A stretch of DNA of 64,000 bases from Sphyrna mokarran (lineage: Eukaryota). A model generated the notes under the pieces. That model was given only the letters and a program-made list of their open reading frames with translations, ran no database searches and was not told where the DNA came from. The stretch is from NCBI GenBank assembly GCA_024679065.1, contig JAGIQG010000012.1, forward strand, positions 50,034,001 to 50,098,000, in the 5' to 3' direction. Position 1 is the first letter of the stretch, and each line of letters opens with the position of its first letter. Of this stretch, positions 1 through 10,329 are shown piece by piece. A program made the position numbers and the translations under genes.

Positions 1-61
1 TGTTGCTAAATTCTTACTGAGTTCTTACCACTCCAATCCAACGCCGGCATCTTTACATCAT
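1..61 (+). mobile_element. 3' terminus of a Penelope-like element (rest lies left of the window)
   Basis: tgttgctaaattcttactgagttcttaccac...ccggcatctttacatca is nearly identical to 26015-26074, the end of the Penelope copy at 24604-26075. Confidence 0.85.
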
Positions 62-1080
62 GCAAGTTAGCCAGGGTCAGCTCTGAAGGGCAGTGCTGGT
101 TTATGGAATTTCTCAGGCCTCAATATAGACAAGTCTATATCTTCACTTCTCTTCCATTCTTGCATCATAGACTTATGTTATTCTGTAAAGGCAATATCTG
201 TACTGAAGTTGCTGTTGCTGATCCACCTATACTCATCCCTCTTTCATTTGAATGCTCCTAAATATGCTCCGCAAAAAGCAGAATAAGAGCAAAATGAACA
301 AAAGGGCTTCTCAGCTTCTGTTTCTCCCTGGTGACCATTCAGGTTCTCTCTCCTGGGCACTTGCCTTTGCACACAAACCAAAGAGTGGGAATATTTAGAA
401 CACCTTTATGGTTGGATGTATGGATCGTGTGTCCAGAAGGAATTGAGTATGGAAGATAAGAATACATTTCTTGTTAGCGAAAGATTATGGAAGACTTTCC
501 CTGTACTGATGAGCAGGGGACACCCCAGTGTCAGGTTCAATACTTCAATGAATGTCATCTAAACAGGTTATGCAGTTATCGAGCAGTGTCTGCCTTTTTC
601 CATACAATTTGCCTGAAGTCAAACAAATCAAACCAAAAAAAAAAATCGCAGAATTTTATACATAAATTCTGTTCCATGCAACTCAAATTTGTGCTTATTT
701 GAAAAACATGAAGGGGAATTCTTCCATCCTGCCTGCTACAGGAATTGGATTTTCCAGTTCTGAGGTGACTGTGGCCAGAAAATCCCACCCATAGAATTAG
801 AAGCCAGCCACAAAACTGGCCACATCTCTAGGATAACTTAATCGCCACTTCTCTTAATTGCACTCATTTACAGACCTTGGAGGAGGTATCAACAGTTAAC
901 TCTTCTATGCAAATTGACACAAATTGGATTTTTTTGATGCCTTGGAATATTTCTTTTCATTCATAAAAAGTACTAACCAAGGTACCTCAATATTACAAGC
1001 AAATATTTCCATAAAGTTTTTCTAAGCCATTTGCAGGTATTTAAAATTGGATCATTCACAAGCTTAAACTGCTTGTCATA

Positions 1081-1391
1081 AAATCCACAGTGAAGCAAGA
1101 AGTCAACTGGCCCATCAAGCCTGCACCGACAACAATCCCACATGGGTCCTACTACCATAACTCCACGTGTTTACCTTTCTAATCCCCCTAACACTGAGGG
1201 ACAATTTAGCATAATCAAGCAACCTAACCCACACATCTTTGGACTGTAGGAGGAAACCAGAACACCCAAAGGAAGCCCACAAAAACACGAGGAGAATGTG
1301 TGAACTCCACACAGACCGTCACCCATAGTCGGAATTGAATGCAGCTCCCCGGCACTGTGAAGCAGCCACGCTAACCACTGCGCCACCGTCC
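1081..1391 (-). mobile_element. tRNA-derived V-SINE (HE1-like, CR1-type tail)
   Basis: Minus strand reads gtggcgcagtggttagc...ctgtgtggagttcacacattctcc...ggtttcctcctacagtccaaagatgtg; near-identical copies recur at 7836, 16080, 48452 and 55718. Confidence 0.85.
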
Positions 1392-3609
1392 GCTCCACAA
1401 TATTATTTATGATACTCACATTTTCAGTTGTATTAATCCAGCTGCTTCTTGTCACTCTTTTGAATATATCAAGGAAAGTTTTAAAGCAAATATGCTTTTC
1501 TTTCAGAAATTGTGTTCTAACATGCAGGATCATGCCAGATTTTGTGTTCATCCCAATATGCAAATGAGAAACTTAAGAAAGGCACTTTGCAAAACTAGTG
1601 CAATGTTGACTGCCAGTTTTATGCCCAAAGTACAAACTGTCCTCCATTATATCATAACTGTTTACATGAACCTTGCTGCAGCAAACTGATGGCTGTGCTT
1701 CCTTGCATTATAACAGTTATGACCTCCATGGCCTTATTGTGTTTTGGGTTCTTTGCAGTTTCAGTCTAAGAGGAACTTTTGGAGCATGAAGACAACATCC
1801 TATCGCTCCATTACAGCCAACACATCAAATTATTACACTGCATATTAAAACATGCCTTTGGGTAAGTCTTGCAAGACATTTTTTGTACATTAAAATTATA
1901 TTCATCTAACCTGTGTGTCCCTTTACTCACAACACCAGTGACATTTCAATATAGCTTTTATTAACAACACAAATGCAATCATTTTCACATAATAAAACTG
2001 AACAAGCATAAAATGCAACGTATAAAAATAGATAAGTCTACACTTCATTTCCTATTCCGTTAGTCTTGCTTATAAAAAGAGTGCTCCTTTCGCAACTCCG
2101 CATCGTGAAAATGAACAAGATTGCTATATAGTTTCAAGCACATCTTCTAAAATATATAGCAATGGCCCATCATAAATTATTTTATTAGATTATAAAGGAT
2201 TTCTTCGTGTAAAGAGGTAATAATACATGGTAAGCAGAAATTGACTGCTCTTTCTCATCATCTTGAAGAGTGTGTAACTTTGCACACGAGAATAATCGGA
2301 GGTAACAGTGGCAGATGCAAAACTAAAAACATGTTATCCGTGCAACTCTGGCATTACAAAATAAGGAAGGAAGTGAGCAGAGCTAAGCGGAAATATATCA
2401 GAATTTTGCAGAGGGAAAAGGTCTGTCCTAGTGCATAAAAAACAGCTGGGGACCCGACCCCTCATAAAGTTTAATGGGGAAACACAAATGTCTGATGAAT
2501 CCAGCTGTATATCTTCAGCAGGATCAACCAGGACTTGCAGGAATTCTGTAAGGAATCTCTTGCCTGGCCATGCGTGGACTTTATCATGTCTGCACTGTTG
2601 TCAACTCAGTCATTTGGCCCAATCATCTATTGTTTGTACTTTTCAATCACTTTTATTTGTCTTAGTGCACCAACAAAGCAAGTAGGAATGGCACATTGTT
2701 TACTCTGTCGTTTTCACTGCAAAGCATTTAAAAATCGTTGTAACCTCTTGTCAGTTGTTCCAATACATGATAATCAACTGTGACACTGAGTTACAAGCCC
2801 TCCTCCACAAGTTAGCATGTTTATATACTGTCAGGGATGCCTGACAGATTTTAACCCTGTAAAACAAGCAGCGATAATGAAGCTCCCATCAGATCAGTGA
2901 CAATAATAAATGTGTGTGATTTGTTCTCCCCGATGAGATTAGTTGGTGGTCCAGCACCATAGGTCTGGACAAATTACAGGCTTTTTAGTGCTTTAAAGAA
3001 AGAGAGATGTGACTAAGACTGTCACTTTACATTTGAGTGTCTAAGAGCAATTTTCAAAAGTGATCACACTTGAATTAAAAATGTTCGATTTTTCTTTTAT
3101 TTCTTAGCATGCATAACAATGGCAAAACATACTTTGGAACACGTAGAAGTTGTGAAAGATGTTACATTTATGGAAGATCTTCCTGATCATTTATTTTCAG
3201 TAGAAGTTAACACATCAAAAAAAATTAAACAGGGGCAGAGGCTCTGTACTTCTGAAACTAATTGAAACTATAAGAATGTAGTGATGGATACCTAACTTAC
3301 AAACAAAACTCCAATCTCATTGCTCTTCAAATAGCAGGTTAAAGTTAAAAAAACAAGAGGAGCATAATTAGAGATAAGCAATTGCATTTGTAGAACAACC
3401 AAAAACAGCTCGGGGTAATTCTGCCAGCCCACTGCAATGCTCGAACAGCACAGCAGGCCGGGAGACATCAGCAGAGGCCATTTCACAGGTTTCCTGATAA
3501 GCACCACACCTCTGCAAGTCTCCACAGCTAAGATTTTCAGAGAAATCAACTCCATGCTGGAAATCAGTGTGGAGCAGATGACAATATGGAAATCAGGATT
3601 TATACTTCA

Positions 3610-3752
3610 TTAGCCGGCCTAGGACTGAAGTGGTTCACTCCAGTGGGATTTACTCTCCATTCACCTGGCTAAGGGGCAAACCCCAAAAGCTTGCGAATTT
3701 ACTATCAAATAAATCAGTTGGACTTAAACCTGGTGTTGTCAGACTTCTTACA
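3610..3752 (+). mobile_element. Solo Penelope tail with degenerate hammerhead motif
   Basis: tttactatcaaataaatcagttggacttaaacctggtgttgtcagacttcttac aligns with 25979-26031; ribozyme core is mutated (ctggcta-a-gggg-caaa-cccc-aaaa-gctt). Confidence 0.75.
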
Positions 3753-4585
3753 GTGATGAACTGGCCAGCGATCAGGATCCAGTAGTAGGAGGGCCAATGT
3801 GCACGCAGCCATTTCCACTCTGACATATGGTGCATGCACAGTAGCCCACTCGGTGCAATGATGCCGGTTTCCTGGCAGGAATAGGTCCTGCTCCTTGATT
3901 TCCAAAAGTGCAAAGTAACTGTGATGCGCAGAATATCAGAGATTCACTCTGGAAAAACGACAGGAGTTACTTCCATTTGCCAGCAGATCGGGGACTTAGA
4001 ATTTCTTTGGGAGAATCCAGGCCCTTGTTCTAAAATTTCAACTCCAAATCAGCAAAGAAATGTTTGTGCAGCAGCAATAGTATGAGCCATTGGAAGATTG
4101 AATCACTGGGCTTTTTATAAAATATATATTTTTAGTCATAGCTGTGTTCAGCAATGTCAAGATCATCCAATCAGTATATTTGTTTGCTGGAGATATATTT
4201 TACCAAACTGTTTAAACAAAACCAACCCTGGAAAAAGATCACACTGACATGAAGATTTGCAACTTGGTTATTTATCTTCAAGGCAATACAAAGTGAGATT
4301 TTAGCTCATGCAATACCTATTCACTTGCATAGAGTTAAAATTGGACCCGATATCCCTTCCACAGAGAGCACAATTCAGTGGCTACATTTTGTTTCCTTTC
4401 TTTCAAATGGAAACGATTGTTACTTTTACTTACAATCTATTCAGTCTAATAAAAACATAAAATTCTGAAAATTTTTAGCAGCTCAGTCAACTTCCAGGAA
4501 TAAAAAGACAAGTTAGCACTTCAGCTCCTTAAATGGGCAACAAAAATATTGTAGCTAATTCTTTGGATCCTTTTCTTTAATAAAT

Positions 4586-4862
4586 GTTTATTTTATTAGT
4601 TTCACAAGTAGGCTTACATCAACATGGCAATGAAGTTGCTGTGAAAATTCTCTATACCCCACACTCAGGCGCCTGTTTGGGTACACTGAGGGAGAATTTA
4701 ACATGACCAATGCGCATAACCAGTATGTCTTTTGGACTGTGGGAGGAAAGTGGAGCACCCAGAGCAAACCCACACTGACATGGGGAGAACGTGAAGGCTC
4801 CACGCAGACAATGACCCGAGCTGGAAGTTGGATCTAGGTCCCCAGTGCCACTGTGCTGCCCC
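4586..4862 (-). mobile_element. V-SINE, second subfamily with non-CR1 tail
   Basis: V-domain core like the other SINEs, but tail matches 15300-15410 and 37595-37660. Confidence 0.8.
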
Positions 4863-5199
4863 AGTACCAGCAATAGTGCTGACAGACACTGTAAAAAGCT
4901 TGACTGTAATTCTGGTTAGGTAAAACCATGCCCAATACAGATTGGAATATTCCATCCAATTGAACCTGCAAATTGCAATTTCATCATTGTCCATCCCTAA
5001 CTGTCCTGAAGATACCCAGTCAGTCACTTCGGACCAGAGCTTGCTGAAGCAGGCATCTCGAGGCATATGCCATCAGTTAGTCCTTTCCAGCACCTTTCAA
5101 CTCAAATTACTTCCTTGGTGTGCAAACTGATGATGGTAAAGTGAGAGCAATGGGACATCTGGGACCTAAGTGAATAGCAGGCCAAACAGGGTATTACCT

Positions 5200-6190
5200 T
5201 AAATAATGCGAAGAATTGAAAAATAAACAGAGGAAGTACTGAGAAGGAGGGTGATTGGGTGAATTAGAGTCAAACCATATAGAGAAAGAAAAATAAAGGA
5301 AGGAAAGAAAGATTAGATTGAAAGGGGTAAAAGAGTGAGAAAGGAGAAGCAACAAAAATAATTAAATTAACAATTTTAAAATTTACAACAATATCACTAC
5401 GTAATGGAGTATGATACTACAGTTTGGATGGTTCACTTTCTGGGGTGAAAGGCTGATTAGTTGTCATCGTGCCATTGAAAGAGCATCTACACGATTAATT
5501 GCCAAATATATTCTTGTTGGTGAGTTAAAGAGTTAACTAATCCAATGTTTAAGAATAAGTTATTTGTGAAAAGCAAATGGTGGAAACAAACGATGGAATG
5601 ATGCAAATCAACCAGCCAGTTCTGGGTATATCTTGTGGCATATTTCTTAATCCCAGGATTTGTGGCTGGTTTGGACATTATTAATAACATGTATCATTCA
5701 CATACTGCCATTATCCCAGTGTCAACTTAGAAATTTCTCATCATCTACAGCAACTTGTTAGACATATCTCCCAATTCTCTACGCCTTTCCTTTAAACACT
5801 GGACTCCTTAGAACTGCATCCTTTGTCAAATCAGTCAAAGCATATAAGGAAAGAAAAATAAAGGAAAGAAAGAGTACATTATGAGAGATGGAAAAAGGGT
5901 ACAGAACAGAAAAGTAAGAAAAACATCCAACAATTTAAAATTTCAAAAATACCTAGGAATAATTTAGGACTACAAGTTTGAAACACTGCAGTGCAATAGT
6001 CCTCTTTTTGATACTCCCAGTTTGATTGGCGTGTCCAAAGCATAAATCATGTTATTAATAGGGCCCTTACATCATATATTACTAGCTCAAAATGAATGCA
6101 CACAAATCCACCAATTTGATGACACACAATCAGAAGAATCACAGCAAGTTTTTTTTCAGTTTTGAGGAGGCTTACAATGAAGCAATTTGA
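5200..6190. repeat. Two diverged adjacent copies of an unclassified A/G-rich interspersed repeat
   Basis: gaaagaaaaataaagga...acaattt(t)aaa(a)ttt blocks occur near 5284 and near 5849, followed by loosely colinear sequence. Confidence 0.4.
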
Positions 6191-6434
6191 CTCATGCACC
6201 AACAATGTTGCAAATCATCACTCATAGCACAAGTCTTCTTCACCACAAACTGCTGGGGAACATTTTCCTCTAATAATGGCAGACACGATAGTCTTGTTGA
6301 TGCTTTTCAAACAATTTCTATGACAATGCTTTTGGTTAATATCAAATTCAGTAAAAACCCATTTTTTCAGCATGAAGCCTATAATGGAATTTGTGAAGAT
6401 AATAACATTACATGAATCAAGTAGTTCATTTGAT

Positions 6435-6580
6435 GATACAGCGCAATTGGTGGAACCCTTGCCTCCAACACACAAGCTTCCAGATTTAAGTCCCAATCGA
6501 AACCTGAGCATCAAAATCAATACTTACACTCAAGTGCATTACTGAGGAAATGCTGCACTGTCAGAAGTACTACTAAGATG
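6435..6580 (+). mobile_element. 5' part of a DeuSINE/SacSINE1-like element
   Basis: tRNA-like head followed by agtgcattactgaggaaatgctgcactgtcaga, matching 18385-18415. Confidence 0.5.
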
Positions 6581-6989
6581 TGATTGTATAGTCAGTATTT
6601 AGGCAACTAGAAAGAAAAATAGCAAGCAGGATCTCAAAAGTAATAATTTCTGGATTATTCGCAGTATTTTGCATAAGGGAGTATACAAATAGAAGGATAA
6701 AACAATAGCTGGAATGATGGTGCAGTAGACTGAGAAAGCTTTCGATTCCTGGGACACTGGTGAAGTGGGATACATAAAGCAAACCAGATGGTTTTCACTC
6801 AAAATGACCAATTTCCTTGCAGGGTGATTTACTAGCGCTACTGGGAAGGTTTTAAGCTATTTACAGGAACATGGATTGAGGAGATAATATTAGAGAGGAA
6901 TATCAAGGTGCACAGAATACTGGGAAAGACAGATAAAATGAGATGAGGAAATAGAAGGGTATTAGGTGGTTGCATAAGAAAAAAATAAT

Positions 6990-7390
6990 AAGGTCTTGGT
7001 TAGGTTACCATCCATATATGCGACAGCATGGAGTATGGTAAATAGAATGGGTGAATTGCAGGCGTAGATCGCACATGGATATGTGATATTACGGCACTAT
7101 CAAAGACCTGATTCAAAGTAGGGCAGGCTGGGTATTAAATATTCTTGGAAAAATGGTGTTTAGATAAGATAGGAAACAAGAAGGTGTGGCAACATTGAGT
7201 AAAGAGAACATTTCAGTCCTGGAGAAATAGGATGTCCCAGAAAGATCAAGAGCAGAATCTATTTGGCTTGGAGAAATATATACTCCAACTGGTGAAAAAA
7301 AAATGGAGAGAATCCATGTGAAAGGAAATTTCAGAGAATGCAAGGAGAATAGAGTAGTTATAATGGAGAACTTTAATTCTCCAAATATGG
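6990..7390 (+). mobile_element. Degenerate CR1 LINE ORF2 endonuclease fragment
   Basis: Remnants of DR..GGVA.L.KE, ESIWL and VVIM.NFNSPN motifs with stops and frameshifts. Confidence 0.55.
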
Positions 7391-7392
7391 AA

Positions 7393-7830
7393 ACAGAGAA
7401 ACTAGAAGCAGAAGTAGGCTATTCGGTCCTTCAAACCTGCTCTGCCATTCATTATGATCATGGCTGATCATCAAATTCAATATGCTGATTCTACTCTCCC
7501 CCATATCCCCTGATCTCTTTAGCCCCAAGAGCTATACCTAATTTTTTCTTGAAATTACACAATGGTTAAGACTCAACTGCTTTCTGTGGTAGTGAATTCA
7601 ACATATTCATCATCCTCTGGGTGAAGAAATTTCTCCTCCTTTCAGTCCTACCCCTTATCCTCAAACTATCACCCTAATTCAAGACACCCCACCATCGGGA
7701 ACACTTTTTCTGAATCTACCCTGAATTTATCATGTTTCTATGCAATCTCTGCTCACTCTTCTAAACTCCAATGAGTATAATCTTAACCGGCTTAGTCTCA
7801 CCTCATATGACAGACCTGCCATTCCAGGAT
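7393..7830 (-). mobile_element. CR1 LINE 3' end
   Basis: agaagcagaagtaggctattcgg...ctgccattc...gatcatggctgatc is the reverse complement of the tail type at 20800-20881. Confidence 0.75.
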
Positions 7831-7835
7831 TGGGG

Positions 7836-8092
7836 ATGCCAAGGTGGCACAGTGGTTAGCACTGCTGCCAGTGCCAGAGACCAGGGTTCAATTCCCAGTT
7901 TGGGTCACTGTCTGTGTGGAGTTTGTATGTTCTTTCCATGACTGTGTTGCTTTCCTCCCACAGTCCAAAGATCTAGATGAATTGGCTAGGCTAAATTGCC
8001 TGGTATTGTCAGAGAGACTAGCTAGGGTAAATGCATGGGATTACGGGGGTAGGGCTTGGGTGGAATTGTGGTCAGTACAGACTCAACGGTGC
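7836..8092 (+). mobile_element. V-SINE (HE1-like)
   Basis: ggtggcacagtggttagcactgctgcc head; tgtctgtgtggagtttg core; cctcccacagtccaaaga. Confidence 0.85.
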
Positions 8093-8335
8093 AGGGTCCA
8101 TCCAGCCCCTATCTCTCCTTAGTTATTCACTCATTCTAACCTATCGCATGCCAGGACACTAAGGGCTCAATTAGCATGTCTAACCCGCACATCTTTGGAG
8201 TGTGGGAGGAAACCAGGGCACCCGGAAGACACCCACACAGACACGGAAAGAATGCGCAAACTGCACACCAACAGTGACCCAAATCGAGAATTGAACTCAA
8301 TTCCCAGGAGCTGTGAGGCAGCAGTGCTAACCTAA
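8093..8335 (-). mobile_element. V-SINE (HE1-like), tail-to-tail with the previous copy
   Basis: Plus strand gcacatctttggagtgtgggaggaaacc...ctgtgaggcagcagtgctaac is the reverse complement of the SINE body and head. Confidence 0.85.
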
Positions 8336-8414
8336 GCTGCGACGTTTTTCCATGAAAAGAAAGGATAAGGCCAAAAAATCCACAGCTCTCTGGATAACAA
8401 AAAAGATTAAGATA

Positions 8415-8860
8415 AAGCAGAAAAAGTATGCTGGAGGCATCCAAGACTAAGACACTAGAACCAGCTGGATCTAATCATTATCAGCCTTAACTGTCTCAAC
8501 AGCAATCTCAACACACACAGCTACCGCAGTGCTGACTGTGATACTGATCACTCCTTGTTGTGCACCAAGATTAGAATACAACCTTTAAAGTTTTTTTCAT
8601 CCAAAGCAAAAATTCCATCCTCATACCAATGTCAACTAATCTACCTACCAAGATAGAAGCTAACAGTTCCTCAACTTGACTGGACAGAAGTTCCCCTTGC
8701 ATGCCAACATAGAATGCAGAGACAAAATTGAACATACTTTGAGACAGCATTCACAAACCACGCTATCAACAAACAGGACATAAAAGTGGCAAAGTGCTGA
8801 CTGAGGCTGCAATCACTGGAGTGGAACCTGCCATTACAGCCAAGTGAACCTCTCCCATTA
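8415..8860 (+). mobile_element. RTE-clade LINE endonuclease fragment
   Basis: Translates KVCWRHPRLRH*NQLDLII and RSADCDTDHSLLCTKIRIQP, typical of the RTE APE domain C-terminus (WxHPRSxHWH.LD; ADCxTDH). Confidence 0.75.
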
Positions 8861-9119
8861 ACTCCAGGAGAGATCTGGGTGTATAAATGTATTAAGAGCT
8901 ACACTCAGAGAAAATGGTTCCATTGAGAAAGGAAAGCAGTATAATGATACTGTGCTTTTAAGAATTGGATTTTAATCACGTTTCTCTGCAGGATGTTTTG
9001 TCAGCATCATTTGTATGTAGCTGGTGTCTTTTATTGTTACTGAAGCAGTGTAATTGATATCATGTTGATTTTAATTGCAATCCACATTTGGAGAGATAGG
9101 TGGAACACTTTCTTGAGTT

Positions 9120-9470
9120 GTAGTCCAGTGAGAACACTGTCACAAAAGAAGGCTATAACGCAGAGGCAGTACCTTTCAGAAAAGGCATTAAACTAACCTC
9201 GCCGTTGGTTGTACGTGATCTCATGGTACTATTGCAAAGAAGAGTATGGGAGTTATCCATGCTGTCCTGGCTAACATCAATCCCTCAATCAACACCACAA
9301 AAGGAAGTAGATTATCCAGTCATTGTTTACATTGCTGTTAGTGGGAGCTTGCTGTGCCCAAATGGGCTACCACCTTTCCTACATTACACTTAAAAAGTAC
9401 TTCATTGCCTGTAAAGCAACTTGAGAACTCTGTCGGTTCTGAAAAGCTGTATATAAATACAAGTTTCCAT
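9120..9470 (+). mobile_element. DeuSINE/SacSINE1-like element with L2-type tail
   Basis: gatctcatggtactattgcaaagaagag...tccctcaatcaacaccac...cattgctgttagtgggagcttgctgtgc...aaaagtacttcattg; same block at 18460-18600 and 29630-29740. Confidence 0.7.
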
Positions 9471-10329
9471 TTCTTCAAATCCTGCAGCAGCTTGAAGGAG
9501 TCTACAAAACATAGAAATGATTTTTGACAGAAAGTTTAGTTTAATTTCTGTTTTACCTTCCTTGTTCACCGATATTAAATGGGCTTCATGTTCCCAGCTG
9601 CATGCTTTACCATTGAGCCATTTTATATCTTGTTTGTTTTACCTTAAATTTTCAGAGTAGGGGGTGGTTTAAATCATCTACTAATGCTCGCGGGTGATGA
9701 ATGAAGATTAATGCTTAAAAGAAAGAAAAACAAATTCTTGGAGACAGCCAGCACTGTACTCAGGTCACACAAGCTACATCATTTTTAAAAGTTTTCAACT
9801 CATATATATCACAATCTTCGGATTTTCCACAATAGGGGCTGCTCGGCATTTCTCCACTGTTTGATACCCCTCCTCAGTAGTGTGTGTTACTTACTACTCC
9901 ATGTTCTATAATAAAGCATCTAGATAAATATCTCTGCCATCAGGTTTCTGCTGCTAGTTCCTTCTTTCAGTCTGATAATGTAATGCAATAAGATCAACAT
10001 TTCAAATCCTATTACCTTTGCCTTACTCTAATGTGCCCCTCGAGGATTACTTCTGGATTCATGCCTCTTGCTTTATTCCCAGCAATCATAGCAAATCGAG
10101 GTTTTAATCACAGACTTCGACCTTGGGAAAAACAGTATCCATTGTGTAATGTCTCAACCTCAAATGTTAAGGATTTGACTGGCAATTAGCCTATTCAAAT
10201 CTACTTTTTGTTTTAGTTCCTTCATCGAATAAGACTTTTATTGAACTTTTTTAATTAAAACTTCTCCTGTTCCAACCTGTCTATCAAACTTAATCTGATC
10301 GCAGAGTTGCAGGTGGGGAGGAAAATCAA

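Noticed and set aside
1400-2790. Possible decayed coding sequence; weak GIY-YIG-like CIGTTDKRL on the minus strand near 2740-2790
   Set aside because: No sustained frame or second supporting motif; cannot assign without a search
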